Part shown: positions 49,120 to 60,645 of the stretch, piece by piece
Position numbering within the stretch: the first letter of the stretch is position 1
Layout: every line of letters starts with the position of its first letter
Origin: Mobula hypostoma
Taxonomy: Eukaryota
Direction of reading: 5' to 3'
DNA length: 64,000 nt
NCBI RefSeq assembly: GCF_963921235.1
Contig: NC_086097.1
Span: forward strand, 120,034,001 to 120,098,000
Program-made: the position numbers and the translations under genes
The notes under the pieces: model-generated
What the model was told of the DNA's origin: nothing
Seen by the model: the letters and a program-made list of their open reading frames with translations, nothing else
Database searches by the model: none

Positions 49120-51456
49120 TAAAGAATCGCATTAGTTTCTGTATTAGCAAGCCTGTAGTCTTCATGTTCTGACCTGTGTTTTCATATTGTGGATTTCAGC
49201 TTTCGGATTACTCTCTTGGATTTAGCTGCCTTGGATCACTTCAGTAGATACATGTAAATACTGTAAATATATTGCAAATAGGATCGCCTGTGTCTGCCTT
49301 TCCCTTTTCCCGTCACAGCCAGCAGACGGCACTGAGGATGGGTTTGTTTTTATGTTGCTTCCCCAACACCCCAAGACAAAAGCCAACAAGGGGATGTAAC
49401 ATTAATTGGGGGCTCATCTGGGATGCATCCAGTTGGAGTTGTTTCATTTTGTAAAGAGTGAGCTGAAGTTTTTTCCTTCTTTTATGAGTGACCACCATGT
49501 TCTTGAGTGTTCTTCAGTTAAATTAGTGTGTTCCATCTAGGGTGTGTTCACTCCTTCCAGCAGAACACTTATTTGTTATTTTGCTTTGTTATTTTCTATT
49601 TTTTGTTTTGGGGTGTAATCCTGGGTGGAGATTGTTGGTTAGGTAGACAGGGACCAGACAGGGACCAGACGGGGACCAGAGAGTGTCCTTAAACCTCGCT
49701 AGCTGGTTTGGTTAGTACCTAATCTCACTGCTGTTGGGGTGAGAGTTTTTCAGTGTGGACATGAGCCATTTTAGAGTTTTTGAGTGATTGTATAGTAGAG
49801 CAATTAGACAAGTGCTATATGGATGGCTTGCTTGCCCTGGCAGAGCAATTTAGTATTCCTCTGATGAAACAAGCCATAAAAAGGTCATGACGCATGCTGT
49901 GTTTGAAGATTTGATGGGGTGTGTTGTTTTTACTGCTTGATGCACAGGCACCTGATGTGGGGGTGGGCGGAGAGGTACCCACAGCTGAGAAGTCTGAGGG
50001 GCAAGAGGTAGAGTAGGGAGTGGAGGCTGAGGCTGAATCATGGGCTAGCCTATCCTCCTCTAGAGCGTGGAAATCTCCCTGCATCCTGGCAACCAAGACC
50101 GATGGAACTGTCCACTTCTGCACAGATTATCTGAAAGTAAATGCTGTTACGGTGCCTGGCTCATTTCCATGGCCGCGTATGAAGGATTGCATTGGCAGAG
50201 TAGTTTCAGCCAAGTTTGTCATTAAGCTTGACCTGTTGAAAGGATATTGGCAGGTCCCGCTAAGTCCTTGTACTGCTGAAATCTCTGTCTTTGTTACACC
50301 AGACCACTTCCTCCAGTACTCCATCACGACATTTGGGATGCATAATGCACCACATTGCTCCAAAGACTTAAGTCCCTAGTTTTAGTTTCAATAGGTACAT
50401 TTAATGTCAGAGAAATGTATACAATATACATCCTGAAATTCTTTTTCTTCGCAAGCATAAACAAAAGCAGAAGAGTGCTTCAAAGAATGAATGACGTGTT
50501 TAGGTGAGGCCCCCTTGATCCTTAATTTGGTTAAGACTAACTCCGAGAAAGTTTCAGTCAGCTATCTGGTCAAAGTCATTGGCCGGGGTCAACTACCTCC
50601 AGTTGACGCAAAGTCAAGGCAATGCTTACCTTCCCTGTGCCCGATACAAAGCGGCAGCTCCTGCGCTTTCTTGGTATGGCTGGTTATCATTGATGTTTCT
50701 GTGGTAATTTCTCCACAGTCGTGCCTCCTCTCACTAACCTGCTGAGCTCTTCCCATGAGGTTGCGTTGGCCCCTGGGTGTCAGGTGTCATTTCAGCATGT
50801 GAAGACATTAGTTACTTCTCCAAGAAGTTTGATAAGCACCTAAGTAACTACCCCACCATAGAAAATGAATGCATATCCCTCCTGCTTACACTACAGCATT
50901 TCTAGGTTTACATAGGTTCCCGCTATCTCCCGGTAGTAGAATACACAGACCACAATCCCATTGTCTTTCTCTCTCGTATGCAGAACTAGAACCTTATGTG
51001 CTGGTCTTTCATTGCCCAAGATTTTAATATTGATATTCATTATTAGAAAGGGAATGAAAATGTATTTGGCAGACGTACTGTCTCGATCCATGAGTTAGTG
51101 TTAATTTTGTTGTAAAGTTGAGACATGTTTGTTCTTGTGGGTGGGCACATTCTGTGCCCATGTGCATCCGTGTTTTTGTTATCTGTTCTCTCTTCGCTCA
51201 GCTTTCTTTCTTGCAGGCGTGCCGAGCAGCTGCTACTCTCCATTTAGAGATCTGCTGGACCTTTCCCCTTGTCAGGGTTGCTGCAATTGAGATTTCAAGA
51301 GCTCAATTTAAAAAAGCAAGCCAGCATCAGGGAAGAGACAAATATGTGTCTGCTTTGTCTCTTCTCCCATCACAAACAACACACCATATTCAGGATGGAC
51401 TTGATTTTATGTCGTTTCCCCGACATCCCTAGTCGAGTCAACAAGTGGACGTAACA
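49120..51456 (+). mobile_element. Internally deleted Ty3/Gypsy LTR retrotransposon with both LTRs
   Basis: Homologous LTR ends 49290-49401 and 51345-51456 (..gtaaca); PBS; RT (FCTDYLKVN..KLDLLKGYWQVPL..FGMHNAP); RNase H (YFSKKF..ADVLSR). Confidence 0.85.
49407..49424 (+). promoter_or_regulatory. tRNA-Pro primer-binding site
   Basis: tgggggctcatctgggat versus canonical TGGGGGCTCGTCCGGGAT (two CpG-type changes), 5 nt after the LTR end. Confidence 0.8.
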
Positions 51457-51673
51457 GTTTGCTTATGTCGTTGTTAACTCGTATGGGCTAGGACTTGTGG
51501 TTGTTCATGGTAACGACCTCAGGCTGGTCTGGCTTGCTGAGAGTTTCCAGCGTTTCCTGCTGTTGGCTCAGATTTCCAGTATTTGCTTTTCACTTCCAGG
51601 TCAGTTCTGTATCTTACAGATTTCTTCCCTCTCTTCTGTCATCCTTCTATTTACCCCTTTCCCCAGACAGATT

Positions 51674-51925
51674 TTTTTTGTGTGCCATAATCTGCCAGCA
51701 CCTTGGTGACCACTTTTTCAAGTGGTTGTCTTGGAGGAAAGATTCTGTGAGTGGTCCCCCACGTCCTTCTCACAGCGCAGTTTTTTTTTAACAAGGCCAG
51801 GTTGTGAGCTTGACATTCAACCTGGCATGGATGGAAAGCGTGCCCGGGAGCGGCTCGACTGGGTTTGAACTCGGGAACCTTCGCTCCGGAGTCTGGTGCT
51901 GATGTTACTGCACCACCAGCCGGCC
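51674..51925 (-). mobile_element. tRNA-headed SINE with poly(A) tail and 13-bp TSD
   Basis: ccccagacagatt at 51661-51673 and 51926-51938; head homologous to the SINE at 7139. Confidence 0.85.
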
Positions 51926-52959
51926 CCCCAGACAGATTAGCCTCCACAAAAAATTCCTCTCCTCACATCTCCATTTCTTTTCAAATTTCCAGCACCTGTA
52001 TTGTTTTTCCTTTTCATTCATACACTGTGGACTGTATTAGGATGCCTTATACCTAGAATGGTATTAATTTAGCTATATATTTTCTGCTTCTCTGGATCTT
52101 TATTAAAGTCAACCAGAATGAATCAGTTACTCTCTCATGGTTTCTTTCCTCCTTCCATTAAATCTTGAAACCTTGCTCTAGATTTCTCAAGAGTAACGTA
52201 AAAGTAAACAGAGGATGGGGGATGGTGTTTAACAGGCTGTTGAGTCACAATTGCCTGACAGACCAATTCCTCATAGCAAGAGTTGGCTCCACTTCTGAAA
52301 AATCTTCTGACCATCCAGTATATTTCCAAAGAGTCAGCAATGGGAAATCCAGGCAGATGCACCTCTGTACTTCAGCCTGGATGAATGAGCAGCAAGTATT
52401 TGATCTGTTATATCTTAAAAGATTGAAAGAATATTCATTTCCACATCAGAAGGCTTGCAGAAGATGAAGATGAATCCTCTCAGAAGCTAACTGAATGGAA
52501 CTGAAGTTAACGGAATGAATCATTTAGCTCTTCTATGCATATTCATGTGACAGAAAATTGGACCGTCATGAAATGGATAAATGCAGTAAGAAGCACTATA
52601 ATGACACATCGGAACGCAACCCAGAACCAGGTGGCTTACAGAAATGTTTGCAATGCTGCCGCAGCTGGCATAGCCTAATCACAGAATCTCTTCCACATGC
52701 TGTTACCACCATATGTTCCAGGGTTTAAAGAGAAAGTGAATTCGCAAGGTTACAAATACCAATGCCAGTCCCTCCTTCCAACCACCACAGCAGTCTGTTG
52801 AACTTCAGAAGGCTGAGCTCTTTATATCCTGGAAGATAATTTTATTTCCAGTACATTTTTTGCCAAATTCTACATTTTGCTCAGTGTCAAAGTCAAAATA
52901 AATTTATTATTGAAGTATGATATTCATTGTCTCGCAGACATTTAGGGGAAAATGAAATA

Positions 52960-54462
52960 CAGGTTTCCCCCGCCATCCGAAGGTAGGGCATTCCTATGAA
53001 ACGGTTCGTAAGCCGAAATGTCATAAAGTGAAGAAGCAATTACCATTTATTTATATGGGAAAATTTTGTGAGCGTTCGCAGACCCAAAAATAACCTACCA
53101 AATCATGCCAAATAGCATATAAAACCTAAAATAGCAGTAACATATAGTAAAAGCAGGAATGATATGATAAATTCACAACCTATACAAAGTAGAAATACTT
53201 CTCTACAACGATTGCCCGCACAGATCTCCATAGCCAAAATCTCACGCAAGCGCTGTTGGCATAAACGCTTTCTCCAGTAACCTTTAAACTATGAAGCTGC
53301 CAAATCTACCAAATAACACGCAAAAATACACAGCTTATATAAAGTAGAAATAATGTATGTACAGTGTAGTATCACTTACTGGAATTGGGAAAACAGCGCC
53401 GAGCACACTGATGATGGTGTGTTAGACTGAGTCATCACAGGCTGGGTGGTGCAGTGGCCCCCACCCTCCGGGCCACTGACCCGATATATTACCGTGAAGA
53501 ATGCAGAGGTAGCCGGGAGGCACACAGCACATCATTAATAAAAATGCCGAAATAAACATGCTAATTAATTAGGTGCTGCCAGGCACGTAATTAATTTGCA
53601 TGTTTATTTTGGCTTTTTTCTTAAAGATGTGCTGTGTGCCTCCCGGCTACCGCTGCGTTCTTTACGAATCGGTGCAGTATCTGTCCAGGGCCCGGGTGTT
53701 GGGGTGGTGGGACACAGGGGTGTCATCTCATCGTCGATCAGGGCAGGCAGCTCATCTTCTCCTATGATTGCCCGCCTCGATGTCAAAGGTCGAGGTTCGT
53801 CGTCTGTGGCTGATGTGGAAGGCTTGTTTGACTGCTGAGCCTCACGCATTTTTCTATCATGCAGTTGTTTGTAAGCACTCAAGCCATCCTGCAAATATCC
53901 CCTAAACCTACGTACCCTTTCAAAATTAAAGTCGTACTTTATCATTGCAGCAAAAATCTCACGCAGTTGCTTCACTTTCTGCATTCGGTTTCGATGGTTA
54001 TCCTTTCCTCTTCCAATTGCATCAGCTCTTCATCTATTAGTTCTTGGTCATGGGATGCCAAAACCTCTTCAACATCATCTTCGTCAACTTCCACAAGCCA
54101 AACTCACTTTGTCCTTGCTTCGTTCACCATGATCGAAACGCTTAATTATGTCTAGTTTTACTCTAAGTGTAACACCCTTACTCTTTCAGGCTTTTCCGAC
54201 ACCTTAGAACTCATTTTGCTAACGGCTGCTCAATGCAACATGTTTAAGCAATGCCGTTCCAAATCCGGGGCAGAGCGGCTGCTCGGGGCGCGCGCTGCCT
54301 TTTATTGCGCGCTGATTTTATCGCGCGCTGATTTTTTATCGCGTGCTGCCTTTCTTCGTAACAGTGAAAACACCTTCTGAAAGCGAAAACAGGGTACTAA
54401 CGTAGGTCTTTCGTAACAGTGAGGTTTCGTAAAGCGAACGTTCGAAAAGCGGGAGACACCTG
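52960..54462 (-). mobile_element. Tigger/pogo-like non-autonomous DNA transposon
   Basis: TA flanks; ends caggtttcccccgc and gcgggagacacctg; transposase N-terminal piece (GVTLRVKLDIIKRFDHGE) joined to an acidic C-terminal piece (EVDEDDVEEVLASHDQEL); sits in a Rex1 tail. Confidence 0.9.
53495..53663. repeat. Inverted repeat of about 75 bp per arm inside the Tigger element
   Basis: ggtagccgggaggcacacagcacatc..aattaatta versus taattaatt..gatgtgctgtgtgcctcccggctacc. Confidence 0.9.
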
Positions 54463-54604
54463 TATAACAGAACTTATGAAAAAAGATTGACAAACAACCA
54501 ATGAATAAAAGAAGACAAAATGAGCGAATAATAAATAAATAATACTGACAACATGAATTGTCAAGTACTTAAAATTGAGTCTGTAGGTTGTGGAACAGTT
54601 CAGA

Positions 54605-56385
54605 GTATCACGCTTGCACATGTACTCCACTCCCAGCTAACAAGAGTCACTTGCCACTCATTTCCAAATCATCACCTGCACTTAAACCCAATTCTCATCC
54701 GCAATCCTTGTTCATCGATTAGAACCATCCAGTCTCAACCAGTTTCTTCAAGCCTTCAATTACCTTGTTGTCTTGTCGTGCTAAATATCCATTCTCTCTT
54801 GCTTTGTGGACCTCATGGGATGTTATTTTTGCAGTTTATTATTAAAGTGTTTGCACACCACTAAAATGTCTCTGCTGCTGTGCATTTGTGTCAAGCCTCC
54901 TCTATGATTCCTGACAGGATGGGAAACCAGCCAATGACCCAGCAGAGTTTGCTCGTCTAAAGGAAGATGACCACCGACATGAGTGCACGACCCAGAACCA
55001 GCAGGAAACCATTGACCAGAGAGAGCTGACCGCTCTCAACCAACTTTCTGTCCTATTACAGCAACCCAGTGCTGCAAATTCCTGCTCAGTACATCTTGCA
55101 CTTTGAGCTACAGCCACCTCTGAATGTTATGGACAGAGCCAAGATTGCCCTTATCATTCCTCTCTTGACTGGGTGAGCTCTGACCTGGTCTGGTGCTAAC
55201 TGGGACAATTACAACAATCTTTTGCCATAAACATGTGGAGCTTACCACTGAGATCCACCATGTTTGCGATCATCCAGGAAGTGGGAGGGAGGCAGCGGAT
55301 CAGATATTTCATCTGTGCCAAGGCTCACACTCAGTGCTGGATTACACCATGGAACTCAGGACCCTCTTTTTGGAGTGAGCTGTAATAAGAAGCACTGCTG
55401 GGTCATTACCATCATAGCCTCTTAGAGTGCTCGACAGATGAGCTGTCTACCCAGGAGACACACTGCAACCTTGAAGGCCTCATCGCTCTGGCCCTCCATG
55501 TTGACACGTGTCTTGTAGGCTGACCTTCCAGATCACCAGCCAGAACCCCAGTCCCATTCCCAGAATGCATTTCGGGCTGCAGGAACCACATCAGCCATGA
55601 CTCCGGAACTGACGCAGTTAGGGACAGCTAGCCCCCTTAACAACAACCCCACCCCCCGCCCCCCCCAACCACCAAGGGCATGGACATCAGTGAAGAAACA
55701 ACTTGTGTGGGTGCCGCGGAGCAGCTGAACACCCATACATCAAATGCCCCCTGTGACTGGGAACTGGCACCCCTAGGATCAGAGGAATTATATCTGGTAA
55801 GTTCGCCTGGCTCCTTGATCCAACTCCATAGGCCAACTCACTATCTTTATTCTCCCCCACACCCCAACAGGAGACTCTTGTGGATTCTGGCGCAACAGGC
55901 AACTTTACGGACTAGACTCTGTCTGTGCAGCTTGGCCTCTCTACTGAGCTTATCCTTCATCCTTTCAACAACAAGAGTCATTGTCAGATGACCCTTGGGG
56001 TCTAGCATGATAAGAGTGCGCACAAGGACAGTACCGCGAATCCATCTAATTCCTCCTGATCGACTCAATCAACTCTCCTGTCATCTTGGGATACCCCCTA
56101 CTCTCCACTCTCAGCCCTCGCGTCACCTGATCATCGAGTTCACTGCTGAGTTGGGGACCCACCTGCATGCAGTCTCAGTTGGCTTCACCCCATGAACCCG
56201 TGTCAATGGAAGAAATCCTCGACATCGACTAGCTCCCACAAGAAAACCATGAATTAGCCTTCACCTTCATTTAAAGGGTAGCCAGCACCCAGCTACCTGA
56301 CAGATCACAGGTCTGTGCAAATGACCTCCTCCCGGGCACCACTCCTCACTAAAGTCACCTGTTCTCCCTCTCCCTTCCTGAGACC
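54605..56385 (+). mobile_element. Sushi-like Gypsy element remnant (5' LTR, gag, protease, start of RT region)
   Basis: LTR-like end cctgaca (54916); gag DHPGSGREAADQIFHLCQGSHSVLDYTMELRTL; protease LVDSGATGNF at 55877 and PVILGYP; DLLPG..LFSLSLPE near 56323-56385. Confidence 0.85.
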
Positions 56386-56920
56386 TTTTCCAGTGCTAGT
56401 TCATCAAAAAAGCAGCAAAGATAATTTTAAACAGCAATTGTGGGTGGGGATTCCTTCTGCTGAACACTGCCCTGCAACGTGGGGATACCACAGTGAATGA
56501 ATATGAAGCATGGGGCAGGAAAGATCCAACCCAACACAAAGCACTTGCACCATCTGCCTCAAGATCGTGTTGCATGAAGGTGGCTGCCAGCTCTACACAC
56601 TGCTCATGTCTGTGCTACCAAGCTATGCAATTGGCTGAGAATGTGCACCAGCTAAGAATGTCCACAAGTGATTCTCAAAATAAAAGTGATGGCTGTGACA
56701 CTGAGAAAATTGGCCCAGGAGCTCCCGTTTCATGGCCAAAGTGAATTCACGGTTCAATTAAACAAAGCTCTAAAGCTGAACTAACAAAATTTTCCTCAAG
56801 GACTGTGAACAGTAAGCAATTTAGATTGTCATTATGATAATAATTAAGCACATTTTATTCAGTGCACTAGGAAGTTGTTCTGGAAAGGGCTTGGTCATGG
56901 ATATGGAAGCAATGGCAAGG

Positions 56921-57081
56921 ATAACAGACACAAAAAGCCTGAGGAGCTCAGCAGGTCAGGCAGCATCTATGGAAAGAAACAAACAGTTGAATCATCCATC
57001 AGATGAAGGGTCTCAGCCGGATACATTGACTGTTTATTACTCTCCATAGATGCTGCCTGACCTGATGAGTTCCTCTAGCAT

Positions 57082-57116
<35 letters not shown>

Positions 57117-57148
57117 CTGAATTTCCAGCATCTGCAGAACCTCTTGTG
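56921..57148. mobile_element. Fold-back Penelope-terminus element containing (GT)n
   Basis: gctcagcaggtcaggcagcatctatgga versus tccatagatgctgcctgacctgatgagt; (GT)n at 57087-57112. Confidence 0.8.
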
Positions 57149-57539
57149 CAAAAGCAAAGATGGCAGGTTAATTTCCGAAATAAAGATCGTGAACGGTGTG
57201 ACCCAAAGTCTCGTGTTCCTTGAACCTGTACCATATGAAGTTCTCATCTTCAGTTTGGTCAGAAACATCCCTAGAAAAAGAAAAGAAGTGTTGCACTGAA
57301 AAATATCGATGTGTCATTTTTAAAATAAAAGAATGATTGTCAGGATCATCAAGTCAGAAGGTGAGACATTCGCCAATGGTCGTTTGAGGGTTAATTCAAT
57401 ACGTAACTTCTTAGTAAATGTGATGACCCGTGGATGCCTGCTGCTAGATCTAGATCTCATTCAGGCAGGGGCTGATAAGAAGCAGGAAACACTCTTACCT
57501 CACAAGTGAGAGTCAATAACTGTCTCCACCAAGAGAAAG

Positions 57540-58330
57540 TCTAACCATCAACCCATCAAAAGTATTATGTTATTGATTTCCATCACCATCAATATCTTGG
57601 ACATCACCATTGACTAGAAACTCATCTGGACCAGCTACAAATATACCATGGCTACAAGACCTGTTCAAAGGTTGCATCGTTTAGTGATTCATTCCCTGAC
57701 ACTCCAAGGTCTTTTCACCATTACTACTACTACTACGTCAACTCAGGCCTAGGGGGCCAGCGTCGGGCACGATGACGGACTCTCCACTTCTCCCTCTCCC
57801 TCATCAGTGTTTTCAGTTCATCTACATTAGCCACGCCGCTGTCTTCTAGGAGCGTGTTGATCATAGTCTTGGGAGGGCCAAGACAACGCATAAATCAGGA
57901 TTGTGATAGAATATTTTCCACGTAACTAGAAGAATGTAGTGCCAATAACTCTCATAAAATTCAATGCCATCTAGAACAGAGCAGCCTGCTTGATTAGCAC
58001 TTAATATTCAACCTCTTCATCACTGGCACACAGTGGCAACAGTGTGTGCTATCTACAAAATGCACTGCCTTGGCCAATAATACGTCTTCCACAAAGAAAG
58101 CATGAATAACTACTACTTGGCAACACCATCACTCACAGGTTTCCCTCCAAATCACACGCTATCCTGACTTGGAAATATTTCACCAGTCCTTCATCGTCAC
58201 TAGTTGTAAGTCTCGGAACTCTCAACCCAGCAACGCTGTGGGTGTACCTTCAAGAGAAGAGTGACAGCAGTTCAAGTAAGCAGCTCATCACCATCTGTTG
58301 AGTTGTAACCAGGGATGGACAATAAATACT
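57540..58330 (+). mobile_element. Old CR1-like LINE 3' portion (distinct family)
   Basis: atcttggacatcaccattgactagaaactcatctgg (ILG/D.TID.KL.W-like); 3' end agggatggacaataaat. Confidence 0.5.
57722..57880 (-). mobile_element. RTE/RTE-X LINE extreme 3' end with (GTA)n tail
   Basis: Minus strand GPPKTMINTLLEDSGVANVDELKTLMREREKWRVRHRARRWPPRPELT* running into gtagtagtag. Confidence 0.7.
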
Positions 58331-58663
58331 AGTCATATCTGTGGCTTCCACACCTTTTTGGTACCTTGCTTCAGGAGACAAACTGTGGAATTGCCATGCT
58401 TCCAAATAGCATAAAGGAAGCTTATACCCTTGTGGAATAATTGCTGGAAGATGTAAACTCCAAAACACACATAAATGCACACATAAACCTTTGCTGGATG
58501 TATTGTTTGAAAAAACAATTTTAACATAGCACTTAATAGTAGTTATTCTAATCAACAATTCCAGTTGCATCCCACCCTTTCTATGTCCACAGAACTGCAC
58601 TGCACTGGAAACCATTTTTTTTTTGTATTTATGCACACTCTATTCCTTATCCAAACTTAAACC

Positions 58664-59710
58664 CAATGGTTCTCAACTTGGCCCATATTTATTTATCATT
58701 TTACTTATTGAGATACAGTGTAGAATAGGCCCTCTGAGCCACAGTGCCTAGCAATCTCCTAATTTAATCATAGGCTATTCATGGGAAAACAATTTGCAAT
58801 GACCATTTAACCTACAAACTGGTATGCCTTTGGACTGTAGAAAGAAACCAGAGTACCCAAAGGAAATCCACGCGGTCACTGGGAGAATGTATAAACTCCT
58901 TAGAGACAGTGACGGGATCCATGCAGGATTTCATAGGGGCCACAAATAATAAACCATGAAACTGGAGTTTCTGAATGGGCCGCAATAATTTTACTGTTTT
59001 AATTAAATATTACTAAAATAAACAGTATAAGTAAAAATAAATGAATATATGTTATCTGATTAGAACTCTGAATGAACAGACTGTAAAAAGATGCTAACTG
59101 ATGCAAATGAGGCAGCAAAAAAGCTCATGTCACGTAAAGAGGTTATTACCCACTTTCTTTGGAAAACTCAAATATTTCAGCAGCAATATTGGACATTGTA
59201 AGCTTATGCAATTTCCTTCACTTGCCACTCCTCAAATAGAATTGCAAGAAGGTGATCTGAAGGTTTACCTTGATCATTTGAAACAACTGTACACTGATAT
59301 GGTATTTTGGTTCTGGGACCTGGAGGAGATGCAAATTCCAGACTGATTGGTGGATCCTTTTGGGATGAATGTGAATGACGTTGACACCACATTGCAAGGA
59401 TGTTTTACTGAGCTGCAGAGTAATATAACAGCTCAAGGAAAATTCAAATACAGCAAGCAAAATTTCTGGATATCTAGTGATATTCAAAATATGTTTCCAC
59501 TGCTATTGGGGAAAGCAGAGTTGTTTTTCATTTGATTTCCCATCTCTTATCTAGTTGAATCTGGTCCTAGTCAATTTATTCACCTGCTATCAAAAGCTTG
59601 TTATCTTCCTGATGTTGTAAAAATAAGTGATCTTCAATGAACTTTAACCAAGTTGCAACCAGCCATTCAAAATTTTGCGAGTTTGCATCAGTTTCAAGGA
59701 TCTCACTAAA
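58664..59710 (+). mobile_element. hAT-Charlie transposon relic (transposase C-terminal dimerisation region)
   Basis: TIR-like caatggttctcaac at 58664; VYLDHLKQLYTDM..VDPF..FW..FPLL..FPISYLVESG..Q.SH* with stops. Confidence 0.8.
58688..58915 (-). mobile_element. HE1/V-type SINE nested in the hAT relic
   Basis: Similar to 6045-6290. Confidence 0.75.
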
Positions 59711-59859
59711 TACCCAAAGTAACAATATTAAATGATTTTTTTTTGTTGGTGTTTGTAAGAAAATGATATATATTATAAATAAGGTATCCTATTCAGTGCT
59801 CTGAAATAGTTTTACTTTTCATATACACATGTAACATTATCTAGGTCTCTTAGGCCACT

Positions 59860-59997
59860 AAATGAACAGTCACCATTTCAGGTCAAGGCCTTACATCGGG
59901 ACCTGATGAAGGGTCTCGACCCAAAATGTCGACCTTTTCTTTCTTTCTATAGATGCTGTCTGAGCTGCTGACTTCCTCCAGCATCTTGTATGTGCTA
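59860..59997. mobile_element. Fold-back Penelope-terminus element, decayed
   Basis: ccttacatcgggacctgatgaagggtctcgacccaaaatgtcgac..tagatgctgtctga. Confidence 0.75.
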
Positions 59998-60332
59998 CCC
60001 CTGTATAAGAATAAAGAATTTTATCATTATCTTCAATCACTTCTGAGACAGTGGCACCCTTTCAAACTGCACTGATATGTTCAAGCTGGTTAACACTTGT
60101 AAGTCTGTAATGGGACATGGATTGACAACCCTCAAGTTGTGGTAAAAATATTGCCAAATAGTTTAATAGATATCACCATCAGAAAAATTACTGCTTCCCA
60201 TGTAGCAACAAGATGTCATTTTTTTTCCTGGCATAGAAACAATTTTATCATGGCTACTTGATTCTTATAGGGGTATGTGACCTGAATTGAAGGATAACTA
60301 TGTAACGGACAGTTATTAAAAGCACTAGTTAA

Positions 60333-60645
60333 GGGCAGCATCGTGGCCCAGTTATTATCATATTGCTTAACAGTGACAGCGAACACTAATTGGAGTTCAA
60401 TTCCTTCCACTGTCTAGAAGGACTCCCGAGACCATGCGTGTTTCCTCCGGGTGCTTCAGTTTCCTCCCGCAGTCCAAAGACATATGGTTAGGCTTACTGA
60501 GCTTCGGGCATGCTATGTTGGTAGCGGAAATGTGGTGACACTTGCAGGCTGCCCCCAGCACGGTGTTCACCGATTGATTTGACGCCAGCGACGCATTCCA
60601 CTGTACGTTTTGATGGTCAATGTACATGTGGCAAATAAAGCTAAC
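60333..60645 (+). mobile_element. HE1/V-type SINE, full length
   Basis: gggcagcatcgtggc head, gagttcaattcc, core tttcctccgggtgcttcagtttcctcccgcagtccaaagac, tail aataaagcta. Confidence 0.82.

Noticed and set aside
49646..49681. 11-bp tandem repeat (agacagggacc) x3
   Set aside because: Simple slippage in the Gypsy leader with no further structure.
52165..52467. 100-aa ORF in unique-looking DNA
   Set aside because: No recognisable motif or convincing splice signals; length is within chance expectation.
53604..53984. TIGD-like host gene
   Set aside because: Lies within TIRs and TA flanks, lacks the DDD domain, and has a second copy in the window.
57061..57075. Extra hammerhead core at ctgatgag
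   Set aside because: Point variant of the family's ctgctgag, with no downstream stem II or GAAA.
59101..59710. Domesticated ZBED/SCAND3-like gene
   Set aside because: Only the C-terminal part is present, with several in-frame stops.
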